This document shows positions 25,293 to 38,877 of a DNA stretch of 64,000 bases, piece after piece. This DNA is from Octopus sinensis. Lineage: Eukaryota. The translations under genes were made by a program, and so were the position numbers. The stretch is from the NCBI RefSeq assembly GCF_006345805.1, contig NC_042998.1, positions 182,156,001-182,220,000 on the forward strand, written 5' to 3'. The stretch's first letter is position 1. Each line of letters opens with the position of its first letter. The notes below the pieces were generated by a model. The model was given only the letters and a program-made list of their open reading frames with translations. It was not told where the DNA came from and searched no databases.

Positions 25293-25309
25293 TATATAAA
25301 TATATATTC

Positions 25310-25515
25310 TTTTCTTCTTTTATTTGTTTCAGTTAGTTGACTGCGGCTATGCTGGTGTTCCGCCTTGAAGGGGTTTTGTGGAACAAATCGACCTCAGGAC
25401 TTACTTTTAAAGTCTAGTACTTTTTCTATCGGACTCTTTTGCCGAACTGCTAAGTCACAGAGATGTAAACATACCAACACCGGTTGTCAAGCGATGATTG
25501 GGGACAAACACACAG

Positions 25516-25559
<44 letters not shown>

Positions 25560-25570
25560 AGAGGCACACA
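25310..25570 (-). mobile_element. SINE family A, 3' half
   Basis: Reverse complement of the family A 3' body. Confidence 0.75.
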
Positions 25571-25804
25571 CGCACAGACACATACACACACGCGCAGAGT
25601 AATACAGAGAAGATCAGATAGATCGTGCCAAACTAATTAAGAACCACATCCGCGTCTCTTAGGCTGAACAGATCTAGTCAATTCAGCATTCTGTACGGAG
25701 TTAAACAGTTGAACACTGGTCCCGGAGATCCTGCAAACCCATGTATGTATTTACGCATAAATGTGTACATATGTATTTTAATATTTAGTTAACGAAAACG
25801 AACT

Positions 25805-26011
25805 GATACAGTTCTATATTTAAGAGATGAGGAATTATGTACATTATTTACATTTGACGGATATTTGTCCTCATCTTGTTTGTTGTTAACACAACGTTTC
25901 GGCTGATATACCCTCCAGCCTTCTTCAAGTGTCTTGGGGAAAGTTCGAACCTGGGTTCTAATTCCTAAGGTATTTTTCGATGTTGTTGTTGTTGTTGTTG
26001 TTGTTGTTCTT

Positions 26012-26042
<31 letters not shown>

Positions 26043-26132
26043 TTATTATTATTATTATTATTATTCAGGTCACTGCTTGTAATCGAACTCGGAATCTTAG
26101 GGTTAGTAGCCCGCACCCTTAACCACTAAGCC
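25805..26132 (-). mobile_element. tRNA-headed short element with microsatellite spacer and hammerhead-like tail
   Basis: Head GGCTTAGTGGTTAAGG..CCGAGTTCGATT, then (AAT/AAG/AAC)n, then hammerhead-like motif at 25889-25932. Confidence 0.7.
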
Positions 26133-26158
26133 GAGTTCGATTCCAGGCAGTAACCTGA

Positions 26159-26195
<37 letters not shown>

Positions 26196-26410
26196 CATGG
26201 AAAAATACCTTAGGGATGAGAACCCAGGTTCAAGATTTCCTCAAGACACCTGATGAAGGCTGGAGGGTATATCAGCCAAAACATTGTGTTTCAAGATTTC
26301 CTCAAGACACCTGATGAAGGCTGGAGGGTATATCAGCCAAAAAATTGTGTTAACAACAAACAAGATAAGGACAAAAATCCGTCAAATGTAAATAATGTAA
26401 ATAATGAACG
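26131..26410 (+). mobile_element. 5'-truncated inverted copy of the same element with duplicated hammerhead module
   Basis: Reverse-complement match to 25841-26092; 61-bp tandem repeat at 26229-26350. Confidence 0.75.
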
Positions 26411-27951
26411 AACCAATAGTTTAGAACGTTTCCACACGCGTTTCAATAGCATAGTTGAATTCAAATATAGATGCATTATATATTTGGTAACATTGCATAA
26501 ATTCTTATTGTTAGACAGTCTGCATTACATAAATTATATAACAGATTTCAATTAAACCAAGTTACTGAAACGCGTGTAGTGAGGTTCTAAACTATCGATT
26601 CGATACAGGTAACGTGTAACCCAGTACAACCTATTACACGTTGGAGTGGTTGGCGACAAAACTAGAGACTCCATCAAGTTAGCTTTAAGAGGAGGGTGAT
26701 CTGGGACACCTTTAGGATGAAACTGAAACTTGTTAAAGGGCAAATGAACCGAGAATCAATGGTCATCCGATAACGTGAACAAATGCATATTAAATATGTG
26801 TGTGTGTATGTTTACTGACATGAAATATGAAAGAAATAAGTAACCTTCATCTGCACAGCCTCGAAGTTTGTGGTACCAGACCAGTGTGGTGATGTAGGGT
26901 AAACATCTGGAATGATGTTATATGGCCTTGACACATACCAGGTTAGACGGCACTGTGAGGTCTGAACATTCCTTCAGTCACTTGGGTAATCTCCTGCATT
27001 CTCATACAAGATGAGTTGTCTTGCCACTGGGGAGGAATTACAACCGTGTTTCGTGGTCTGCTACCACAAAAGCTTCTTTATAGGATCCAGTTAGCTCAAG
27101 ACATCATCAGGAGGAAACACGTCCGGTTTCGGCCCCTACTCCTCTACCGTTTTGACGTGGCGGGCCCCCGCTTTCGGAGGTGTCTTCAGCTCTGGTGTTG
27201 GGTGCATGTCTTCTTTCTTCTTCTTTCTTCTGTTCTCTGGCCTCTTCGATGTATCGTCAGCGAGTGTCAGCCGGTGACTGACTGACTTGTCAAATTTTTC
27301 CCTTTAAATACCTGCCGTGAAAACAAAGTCTGATGATCCCAGCTCTTTCTCACTTAAAAGAAAACAACAACAACAACAACAACAAAACTACTCCCCAGAA
27401 AACCTTTCGCTATTCTAGCAACTGTGTCCAACAAGAAAGACTGTGTAGCACAGACATCCATTAAGAGTAAAATAGTCTTGCTGTGGTAATTGGGACATTT
27501 CACACATTCGTACATATGCAATTATGAAATGTCGCCAGTTCCCTTTTCAGAACAACAGACAGGATAACACGAGCCAGAGCAATCGCAGTTCTCAGCCACC
27601 TTCCACGTGACTGCGCCCTTCTTGTTAACCAGTTACAGTCATCATTGATTACCGGTGGTTGAAACCTTTTGAAGTAACAGTGTGCAGACTGTAATACATA
27701 TATGTGTATGTGTGTATGCTTGTTCACTTTTACTTTCTCTTCCTTCAATTACTCCCCACTTCGTCCGCCGCCATCGGTATCCTCATCTTTCTCCCTCTCC
27801 ATCTCATTTGGGATGATTTATTCTTCAATCTACAACTAAGTTCCTAAGTAAAGTTCACCCCGATATCACCAGTTTCCATACACAATATCTAGCCTTGTCA
27901 GTTTCTATCCACCACTCAGTATAGTCATATCAACTTAGTGATCGTCTAGAT

Positions 27952-28283
27952 CAGTGGTTCTCAACAGGGCTCCATATGGTCCCTGAGGGTCTATATAAGA
28001 TATTTTGGGGTCCACGCAACTAAATAGTAAAGCGGAGATTCACAATAGTATTTAAGGGCCCCTGAAAAAAGCTTTGCTTTTACAAGAAACAGCTGACATT
28101 TCTCTAATATTTTACATAGTTCAACCTACAGAAGTTTATGGTATGAAAAGTAAAATAGGAATTTTGAAAGAGGGTTCTTATAAAGCTAGTTTTTAAATAT
28201 AGAATGGCTATAGGGGTCCACCAGAAAAAAATAGTAATCAAAGGGGTTCATAGATGAAAAAAAAAAATGGTTGCGAATCTCTG
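27952..28283. mobile_element. hAT (Charlie-type) MITE
   Basis: TIR CAGTGGTTCTCAAC with degenerate partner; perfect 8-bp TSD GTCTAGAT (NTCTAGAN preference). Confidence 0.85.
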
Positions 28284-28945
28284 GTCTAGATGCCTTACAT
28301 AAAACTAGTCTCAAATGGTGTTACAACAAAAAGACTATTATGGAAGAATACAGTTTAGATTATCTCCATTAACGACAGTGGATTTAGCTTAGCTTTTACA
28401 CGTCACAGTTTTATGTTATTACTGATATTCTTTTCTTGCTCTGTGATTTCAAATTAAATTCCTAATCCCGCCTCAAGCTGTGAGGAGATAGTTACCTCTC
28501 TTTTTATTAATGGTCATCCAAAGGGCACCACGCATGTACAAGCAGATAGTGTTTACTCGGTGGGAGTGGAAGTGGTGCTTAAAAGCTCAGCTACTGAGCA
28601 TTTTTTTTTCTTTTTGCGATCCATATCGATTCCACTTTAAATGTTCACTTAAAAAAAAAACATTGATTAGTCAGTTGTAAGAAGTAGTGTTCATGACCTT
28701 TCCAGGTCCTCCCTCTGACTTCCGAAATCAATATAGTTGATGGTCAGCTTGGTCATGTGTAAATCAACGTCTGCAGAAATGGTATGACCGGCGAGTAAAG
28801 ACCACAGAGGGTTGCCACTTTTGGGGAGAGGTGACTGGCTGTAGTGGTTCTTGTGATACCTGAAGATGAGGGACAGAGAGATGTTGAATGGTTCAGGGGA
28901 AAGCAATTTTGCAACTAATTAATTCAGAGGAAAGAAGATTAGAGC

Positions 28946-28976
<31 letters not shown>

Positions 28977-29334
28977 TGAATGGAGACGACGTGCCTGTGG
29001 GCCGGATGTGGTAGTGAGTTGCTTATAAATCGTGTACGAATTTTTCCCCTAAGTCCTATCCCAACTCAGAACCAGCTCCGCTACAGTTTTATACAAACAT
29101 AAGCATATTATTTCATGTAAGATAAGCCCTGTTTGTAATCTAAGCGCGTGTTTGTAGATATTTTGCTTCATTTAACTTGCTAAAGCATTTGAGAATACCT
29201 TAAACCACCGTACACCACCTCTTTTCCTAGGCTGATCTAATCATAGTCAACTCTGAGTCATGTATAATGATGGTGTGAACGTTATGGAAAATGTATAACC
29301 AGTACAGACACAATATATATTCAACGGGATATAT

Positions 29335-29630
29335 ATTCAACCCAGTGGTTAGGGCAGCGGACTCGCGGTCAGAGGATCGCGGTTTCGATTCCCAGACCGG
29401 GCGTTGTGTGTGTTTACTGAGCAAAAACACCTAAAGCTCCACAAGGCTCCGGCAGGGGGTGGTGGCGCCCCCTGTTGTACTCTTTCGCCCCAACTTTCTC
29501 TCTCTTCTCTTCCTGCTTCTTGAATAACGCTGCAATGGACTGACGTCCCGTCCAGCTGGGGGGAACGCATACGCCACAGAAATCGGGAAACCGGACCCAT
29601 GAGCCTGACTAGGCTTGAAAAGGGCGCAAA
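29335..29630 (+). mobile_element. tRNA-derived SINE family C
   Basis: CAGTGGTTAG..GGTTTCGATTCCC head; matches 59915-60215. Confidence 0.8.
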
Positions 29631-30203
29631 TGATTTTGAGTTGGGAATGAAAACCGCACCATAATCTTCTATCGTCACCGAGAACTTACTTGGTGGTGAA
29701 TAACGTCCGTCAAGCAATGAGTGAAATTTATAATCTCTGTACATAGATAACTACACATTAACAAATTGGAGCAGCCTTTTTACGAAAGCACTCACTGCTT
29801 GACGAAGTTATCCCTCCACTGGCAAAATGAATGCTGTGGTTTTAGATACATATATATGAAAAAAGTAGGGCCTTTTGTGACTGGGATACCATTGATCAAA
29901 AATATGCTTTATCATAATTAAAGGGAATTATCAACAGCAGCAATTTCTAACTAACTATAACACGACGGAATTTCTATAGCAGCTGAATCTCCTTCATTAG
30001 GATTAAGAAGCATACCATTTTGAAACAGTTTCTACGTAGTTCAAGTTCTAAAGTTTTGTTCAACGCATCACCATGGAATAAATCGCTGCCAGAAACACTC
30101 ATAGATACATCATTCTATCTGTTACTTTCATGAAATCAGCTTCATTAGCAGCACCATGACGACGACAACGAAGACCACCAGCACCACTATCACTAACAAC
30201 AGC

Positions 30204-30434
30204 TATTTCATTACTACCCACAAGGGGCTAAATACAGAGGGGACAAACAAGGACAGAAACACGGATTAAGTCGGTTATATCGATCCCAGTGCGTAACTGG
30301 TACTTATTTAATCGACCCCGAAAGGATGAAAGGCAAAGTCGACCTCGCCGGAATTTGAACTCAGAACGCAGCGGCGGACGAAATACCACAAAGTATTTCG
30401 CCCGGCGTGCTAACGTTTCTGCCAGCTCGCCGCC
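30204..30434 (-). mobile_element. SINE family B
   Basis: Full-length family match. Confidence 0.88.
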
Positions 30435-30688
30435 TTTCTTAGTCTGTATATAAGGAAGGGACTATATAGCGGCCGGTAATGATCGATTTGAAGGCTGAAC
30501 AAAAACAACAGCAACAACGACAGTAAGAACAACAATATAAGTTTCTTTGATTAGGAAATGGAAATCAATGTTGTTTGTTCATACATTTTCGTTGTTGCAT
30601 GACCACATTGCTAAAGCATAAAACATCTTGGGTTTAAGATGAGGTGGAATGGCGATAAGTCTGGAGTACTGGAAAAAAACAAAACAGT

Positions 30689-30906
30689 CCATTTAAACCG
30701 GCCGTATACGGCCCAAATATTCAACCTGTTTTATGTTCAAACTGGCCAGATCTGGCCTCTTGCACTTACCCTACAATGTTATTCTCAAAATAAACAGTCA
30801 CATTATCGAAACATCGAAGCTACAAGATAATGTATGAATTATTCAAAACAATGGGAAAAATATAAGCATTAGATTTGATAGAGTAATCTGAATGCTACCA
30901 AAGTTA
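30689..30906. mobile_element. Probable non-autonomous DNA transposon fragment (TTAA-ended)
   Basis: Right end AATGCTACCAAAGTTAA; resembles, from recall only, an abundant octopus repeat; single copy here. Confidence 0.3.
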
Positions 30907-31632
30907 AGCCAGATATTTCAACTACACATTCTTATGTTTGTCTGAAGGATTTTCCCTGCAGCAATATAATTTTATTTTTAACTTTACCAATGGATAAGTA
31001 GTTGAGATGCATCACTTCATTGTGTCGAGAACAACAGCCTGTTACTGCTATTTTTCCATTTGATTCTTCAAACTCAGCGTAGCTAGCAAATGGGAGCTGT
31101 GTAGTTCTTTCTACACACACAAGAGTGAATTATTCACCTCAGTGTTAAGCATTTATATTAAGACGACTCATCCATTACCAAGAGCACGGCGAAGTACCAT
31201 TGTACTTATTTACACCTATAGGGGTGCAGACTTGGGGATAGTTTCTGTTCTTGAGTTACAGATTTAATTAGTCAGGCGGTTTAACATTACAACATTTGTA
31301 CCATTATATACAGGGTACATTAGCAGAGTCCACAAATTTGCAAGCATTTGGATCAGGTCGCCAGTCTGAGAATAATTTTCTCTTTTCCTCTAATAAATCG
31401 AAGAGCACTACTTTCTTTGACTAAGCGATTAGAAAATAGAGTACGAAGCCTTGTATTTTATAAAAGATCATAAGGCAAGTTATAACGTTGTTGCTTTTTT
31501 CTCATTAATAAATTCAACAGAGTAGTGAAATTTAACCCCAAACTCAGTTTGCTGGAATTCACTTTATTCTAATATGATACTCGCAAGATGGAAGGGGTTG
31601 AGGAGGAATATGAACTGTGGAAAGTTAATATA

Positions 31633-31863
31633 TATTTCTTTACTACCCACAAGGGGCTAAACACAGAGGGGACAAGCAAGGACAGACAAAGGGATTAAGT
31701 CAATTACATCGACCCCAGTGCGCAACTGGTACTTAATTTATCGACCCCGAAAGGATGAAAGGCAAAGTCGACCTCGGCGGAATTTGAACTCAGAACGTAA
31801 CTGCAGACGAAAAACGGCCACGCATTTCGCCCGGCGTGCTAACGTTTCTGCCAGCTCGCCGCC
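31633..31863 (-). mobile_element. SINE family B with 15-bp TSD
   Basis: TSD TGGAAAGTTAATATA at 31618-31632 and 31864-31878. Confidence 0.92.
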
Positions 31864-32382
31864 TGGAAAGTTAATATAGACAGGCGAATGATTCAGCGCT
31901 ATACAAGGACCAACATGTTGAAAACATGTTGAAAACAGAATTTAAAGCAGACATTATGGAGAAGAGAATAAAGGAATCAATGGTGTTGCCTGATGGGGCA
32001 GGTAGCACAACTTTCATATTTCATTTCGATCATTTCATAATATCATTCGTTCTTTTAGATTTTTTTATGTGTTATGTGTCGCCACGTGTTGTAAGTCCTT
32101 TTGTGTGTAGCCCTTTATGGGCAATAAAGATTTTACATGATACTCGCAACACACACTGTATGTATCTGTATTAAGTCTTCATCTCGGAACTGAACACTAA
32201 CCGCTAGGGTTTAACATACTAAAACTACTGTAACGACAGGAACCATCAGAGTTAACTAATTAGCAAAAGAAACGACACGCAACCAATTAGCTTTTCTTAA
32301 GGTGAGACAATTCTTTATATTGTAATTTCATTGTAGGTGGAGCCTAAACTTTCATGTAAAATTCTCTGTCCTCTAAAATAAG

Positions 32383-32792
32383 GGATCTTTTCGGTTTGAA
32401 CGGCAGTTTTTAACATAAATTCTAGGTAACTAAAAAATTTTAAACTTCGTATACTAGTAGAATGTGTTTATAAAACATCTTTTTCTCTTGGCTTTATTGA
32501 GAAAATTCTATAGTTTGTAAGATATTTGTTGTTTTTTTTCTTCAATTTCTGCAATTTCAACCAATCACTGACGTCTATTGAGGTAAAAATATTCTGTGCC
32601 GTATGAATATGTCCCTCGTTTAAGAAACAGATTGGGTTTACTTACATTTGTGAAGAAAAAAAGATACCCTTCCCCCCACTCCTAACCCTAAAACAGTTTG
32701 AAATGCAATAGATCGATACTAGGGTCATAATTATGGGTGACAATTTCATATGATACCGCTAGAAAAAACTGCCGTTCAAACCGAAAAGATCC
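32383..32792. mobile_element. MITE M, copy 3
   Basis: TIRs; perfect TSD AAAATAAG. Confidence 0.93.
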
Positions 32793-33371
32793 AAAATAAG
32801 TTATGTAAACATAGTCCTTCCTACTGTACCGAATAAATCAAAACAGAACAAAACATATCACATAGTGCTCTTGCTCGGCCAGAACCATAGTTGTTTAAAC
32901 CTCATTAAAGAACCGGAGAAAGAAACTACATAAATATATAAACATTCACCCACAGATAAACGTGCGACTGTATGTTTATATAGCACATATACCGCACACA
33001 GGGAGAACGAATCAGAAAAATATTAATACCGAGTTGCAGTGAATTTTAAGCGAAGGTAAACTTAGGATTCCGAACACCCACTGAGTTTCGGTACTTTCTT
33101 GAACCCCCCTCCTCCACCCCCACCAGCAACAAAAAAATAATAATGATTGTGTTCTCACATCTCTGCTAGTTTATATTTTAGAGTAAACGCCTACGGGATT
33201 GGATCGTAGAACCTATTTATTAAGTTTTTCTTTTTTTAGTTAAGATTTACAGTACGCATTGTTATACAACTTTGCTGTCGTTACTGTTTACTATACTGGA
33301 TTTGGAATTATCGATTTTACTTCTTTGATCAGACAATTTAAAAAAGCTTATTTTCGCAGTGAAGTGAGTTG

Positions 33372-33803
33372 GGATCTTTTCGGTTTGAACGGCAGTTTTT
33401 TCTAGCGGTGTCATATGAAATTGTCACCCATAATTATGACCCTGGTATCGATCTATTGCATTTCAAACTGTTTTAGGGTTAGGGTTAGTTAGGGCTAGGG
33501 GTGGGGGTAAAGAGTATCTTTTTTTTTTCTTCACAATGTAAATAAACCCAATCTGTTTCTTAAACGAGGGACATATTCATACGGCACAGAATGTTTTTTT
33601 ACCTCAATAGACGTATTTGATTGTTGAAATTGCAGAAATTGAAGAAAAAAACAACAACAAATATCTTACAAACTATAGAATTTTCTCAATAAAGCCAAGA
33701 GAAAAAGATGTTTTATAAACACATTCTACTAGTATACGAAGTTTAAAATTTTTTAGTTACCTAGAATTTATGTTAAAAACCGCCGTTCAAACCGAAAAGA
33801 TCC
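33372..33803. mobile_element. MITE M, copy 4 (opposite orientation)
   Basis: TIRs; perfect TSD GTGAGTTG. Confidence 0.93.
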
Positions 33804-33969
33804 GTGAGTTGTCATTTGAAGCATTCCCTATAAATTTTGTCATTAACATTCTATAAAATGTGTATTACGAAAGTTACTTATAAAATGTGTCACCGACTTT
33901 AGGACTCCCAACATAATTAGTGACTCCGTTTCTTTTCCACTTATATATGTGTTTTTTTTGGTAAACAAA

Positions 33970-34188
33970 TGTTGGTTTCAAATTTTGGCACAAGGCGAGC
34001 AATTTCAGAGGAGGGGATAAGTCGATTAAATCGACCTCAGTGCTCAACTGGTACTTTATTTTATCGATCCCGAAATGACGAAAGGCAAAGTCACCCCCGG
34101 CAACATTTGAACTCCGAACGTTAAGACGGACGAAATGCCGCTAAGTATTTTGCTGGGCGTGCTAACGATTCTGCCAGCTCGCCGCCTT
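33970..34188 (-). mobile_element. SINE family B'
   Basis: Family match with the alternative tail. Confidence 0.8.
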
Positions 34189-36874
34189 AGAATTTTTTCC
34201 CAGGTTGCTAACGATTCTGACAGCTTACCGTCTTTTTGGCAGACAAATATTATAGACACCAAGTTATTTTGGGTTATTATGCTTTATTACTTACCTTTAC
34301 TGTTGGTCTTTTGAGGCCAACAGTTAAATCTGAGCCAATCACAACTCTAATTATACAAAACTCTTTAATTAATCGTTAGCTCTAGGGGGTCCAACGATGG
34401 ATTACTTCATTTGATATTCTCTTAAAAGTAATCACTTCAGTAAGATTAATTACAATATCGAGGTACTACTGTAATATAGGATAACCGTTTATACTATAAA
34501 TGATACCTTCTAGATCATAACAACAACATACTTAATAGAAGAGTGTTACCACAGACATATATTTTTACGTTAAAATACTTCGCAGCTCAGATAAACTTTT
34601 AACTGTGAAAACATTACATTTTATTACTATTTCTCAGTTACATATTTTTTGCAACAAGAAAAGCGGAAAAATAAAAACAAACAATAGCAGCAAGTACAAG
34701 AACAACAAACAAAAACAAAGATGGATTTAAAACTAATCAAGACCTAAAGTAATCCTTCATTATATTTATATTTTATTTACAGGATATTATTTCTCGCCCC
34801 TTTTCATTTCTTTTCTATATTCTTTATTATTTAATTTTTCTTTGTTATTTGAGAATAAGTCTCCTGATTGATATCCGTTTAATCTAAGATGTAGGTATGT
34901 TATGTAAAATGAGAACTTGGCGACTTTAAAAAGTGTCTGTAATGTGAAACCTGTTGGATTGATTGTGTAAGCAATAAGGCGTTGGTTCTCACGACTTTTA
35001 TTGACCTTTAATTAGTCTTTACCTATTGCTGAATTAACATCAAATAAAAGTCTCACAGTAGTTTCCAGTTACAAAAACTATCTCCCCTTTCACCAAAGGG
35101 GAAATGTCGATGTACATTAAATACGCGACTAAAAACATGGAGACCCCATAGGTTTCTAATCATTTTGATATAACCGGGTGAAATATCAAATTGACTACCG
35201 AATACTTCCCTTCCTGTTACACTTTACGGTTATTTAAAAGATTCACTTTTCGAACTTAGAGGCTTTTGTTTTCTGTAAGATTACACAGATGAGGCAAGTT
35301 TAGACTTCTAAGTTATTAAGGGAACACACGAGGAAATATTAGATCGTAGTATAATAGCAATTCTTGTTACTCTAGAACCTTATAGCTGATACAATTTGTT
35401 GTCTCTTGTTTCTAACTTCAAATCTCGCGGGATCCCCTATGCTTTTCTATCTTCCTCAAAATAAACTGGAATCGAGCCAGTTGAATTCACACTCTTCTTG
35501 TATGAGAAATTTGGAACCAAGAAAAAAAAAGTATATATGTTTATACAAAGGAAAAAAGGGATTCTAGCTGTCATTTAATTATAATAAATGTGTTTATAGT
35601 TCTTATGGTAACGCCGTTTGATTTATTGGCTATGAAATTCAATTACATTGGTCGATAGGAGCAGAAATGTATTTAGGTGGCACGTCTTTTAAGTAATTGC
35701 CTAGTTAACTAACCATAAAAATGCTGGAATTCCACTGCTATGTAGATATTTTATTCCTGAAGCTCTATTTTTAACACAAGACAAGGATTTATCGAAAAAG
35801 CGAATAACTTTAGATTGAGAAGCATTTTCTTTCTCTTGATCACGATCCGCATCTTAACTGGTTTTGGGACCATTAGAGAACTATTTTCGAAGGGTTTTCA
35901 AAATATTTTGTTTACCCTATTTCGCTGCTTTTCCTATTAAAAACTCATACAAACTTGCCGTTATTCGACTTCCGAATTAAAATTAACTTGGCTACAAGTC
36001 AAATTTGAGTATACAGAATTTAACAGAAAACTTCTTTACAATGTGAAACAATGTATGATATACTACTTTATATTTCGAGCAACATACCTGGATATGATAC
36101 CCGAAATTATACATTTTACTTTCGTTTTGTTAGAAGCTTTTCCTTAAATTCTATTTTCATATATCACAATCCTTCGAGCATACTGCTACTATTCTTTTTT
36201 TTCAATTATGTCTTTTGACGGCCATCGAGTCAGTACTTTCATTCGTTATTGCAGATCCTTATTTAAATCATTGGGTTAGATATAGCTGACTCCTTTCTTT
36301 GGCATTAGGTCAGATAACACAAGTACGCACGCACACACACACACGTACACACATACTCTGATGGTTAAGTGACAACAAAATTATCTATGATCCTCATGTG
36401 ATATGTAGAGAGGTGGTACTCTTGATTTACATCTAAAAACATTTCTATCACCATATAACGTATATATTACGTATAATATTGATCATATATATAATATATG
36501 CCAATTCCACTCTCAAGGCTTTGGTTGGCCTGGAGCGAGAGTAGAAGGTGCCGTGCAGTGAGAACGAATGAATCTGAAATCGCATGAACTTTACAGCCAT
36601 GCCTGTGTCTATAAGATCGCTTGTAAATTTTCTAAACAGTTACATGTGAATTGCTGTACTTAAACATTCGCAACAAGTATTCTTGTTCATAATGCTATGT
36701 CTTCTTTGAAAACAAGTTGCAGTCATTTATTACTTGTCTAATCCTTTGCGTTTTCTAAAAGTTTCACGATAAAAGCCCAAAAGAAGCATGTTCAACAAGG
36801 CTCTACTGGTATTTATACACGAAGTCTTAGTTAAAATCTTCATAGATTTCAACTCAAGACTTCGTGAATTAATC

Positions 36875-37299
36875 CTACTACTATAGGTACAAGGCCTAAA
36901 CTTTTGGGGTAGGGGACCAATCGATTACATCGATCCCAGTGCCTAACTGGTACTTAATTTATCAACCCCGAAAAGATGAAAGGCAAAATCGACCCCAGCG
37001 GCATTTGAACTCAGAACGTGTAGACAAAGTGCCGCTAAACATTTTGACCGGCGTGCTAACCATTCTTATTTTTTTATTGTCCACAAGGGGATAAACATAG
37101 AGGGGACAAACAAGAACAGACAAAGGGATTAAGTCGATTACATCGACCCCAGTGCGAAACTGGTACTTAATTTATCGACCCCGAAAGGATGAAAGGCAAA
37201 GTCGACCTCGGCGGAATTTGAACTGAGAACGTAACGGCAGACGAAATACCGCAAAGCATTTCGCTTGGCATGCTAACGATTCTGCCAGCTCGCCGTCTT
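36875..37299 (-). mobile_element. Head-to-tail SINE B + truncated B' dimer
   Basis: Full B at 37066-37299, followed directly by B' restarting at GTTAGCACGCCGG. Confidence 0.8.
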
Positions 37300-37737
37300 A
37301 ACTTCGTGAACTAATGCCACTGGATCTTTGTTGAACATATTAAGGCTTGGTTTTAAATTCTTATCGTGCCAATCTCCACTGTTGAAACTCATTCTAACGA
37401 AGACTTGTCACAATTTGGCCATTAATTAATTACTTATATCAAAAACTGAATTTTACGCTGTAAATTTTACAAGCACGTGCGACCTGAAACGCCTCATTTT
37501 AATTTACCAATTAGCTCTATTTTTGTCCTACGTTTATGTTCAACGTTTTTTTCCCCCATTTTTTCAAATCTCTCTAGCACTCGGTGCCATTTTGAATTAT
37601 ATAGAAATTGCACAACTTAAGAAAACTGATACCATAATTTGGAAATCACAAGCACCCATTCTATACGATCTAGCTGCAATTTGGTTTGATGCAAAGTGAG
37701 ACCGAAATGTAGAATCGAAATGCTCGTGGTTCCATCG

Positions 37738-37781
<44 letters not shown>

Positions 37782-38231
37782 TCCGGCATCTACAAATATG
37801 TATAAGTTCACTTACTTGTGTGTAAACTGCTACATACACACTTTCTGCCGCTCTTACGTTTTCAAAACATTGTCTTCGTTCCCTACGCCTTTAAAGCCAC
37901 CCCAGTTCTATTTAATCTCTTAGTATCGAACCATCGAGGGAGACCTGTGCGGTCGCCTAGTGAGCAACAAATATTCTCCAAAGCACAACTTTCTTGGAAA
38001 ATCAAAGAGCACTTTGGATAATTTACTTACAGACACTCTAAAATATGGCTGGGTTATTCTTGATCATAGGTTTGCCTGATAAAGGCCAATCGGCGGTTAA
38101 ATTGCGACATCGTCAACAACCACCCAGTCTTTTTTTTTCAGCAGTACATCAGTAGATGAACTTTCCAACATTTTTGTGTACTCCTCTTCTCCATCTTTCT
38201 CCCCCTCTCTCTCTACACACATACACACACG

Positions 38232-38262
<31 letters not shown>

Positions 38263-38267
38263 GGAGC

Positions 38268-38464
38268 GTTTACGAAAAAAAACAAGAAAAAACGAAGACA
38301 GGTGGTGTACAAAACAAACAGATGTATTAGTATAACGCTCAGGAATAGAAAAAGACTTTTACGTTTCGAGCCTACGCTCTTCTACTGAAAGGGACACAGA
38401 AAAAACAAGGAGAGCAACAAGGAGAGCAACAAGGAGAGAAAAAATGTGTAGTGGCTAACGATCT
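38268..38464 (-). mobile_element. P2 short repeat, copy 4
   Basis: Family similarity; variant hammerhead at 38356-38391. Confidence 0.7.
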
Positions 38465-38621
38465 ATTATAAATATCAAACATTTATAACTTCAGACCATC
38501 ACAACTTCACTACTTCATTTAAATAAAATTTAAACTTTTAAAAACATTTATCTGAATTATATTCTTATTTGTCCGGTGCGTGAAATCCAAATTCTGATAC
38601 GGCAGGGTTCGTTAAGCCGAG

Positions 38622-38835
38622 AGTAGCTGGCAGAAACGTTTGCACGCCGGGCGAAATGCTTCGTATTTCGTCTGCCGCTACGTTCTGAGTTCAAATTCCG
38701 CCGAGGTTGACTTTGCCTTTCATCCTTTCGATTAAATAAGTAACAGTTACGCACTGGGGTCGATATAATTGACTTAATCCGTTTGTCTGTCCTTGTTTGT
38801 CCCCTCTGTGTGTAGTCCCTTGTGGGCAGTAAAGA

Positions 38836-38840
<5 letters not shown>
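38622..38840 (+). mobile_element. SINE family B
   Basis: Family match. Confidence 0.85.

Positions 38841-38876
<36 letters not shown>

Positions 38877-38877
<1 letters not shown>

Noticed and set aside
27080-27200. CTGATGA and GAAACCGG on the minus strand as a hammerhead
   Set aside because: Stems cannot be paired in any topology and position 17 would be G.
28690-28906. Possible RT fragment (PLPKSGN..NYIDF)
   Set aside because: Motifs too degenerate and wrongly spaced to support a call.
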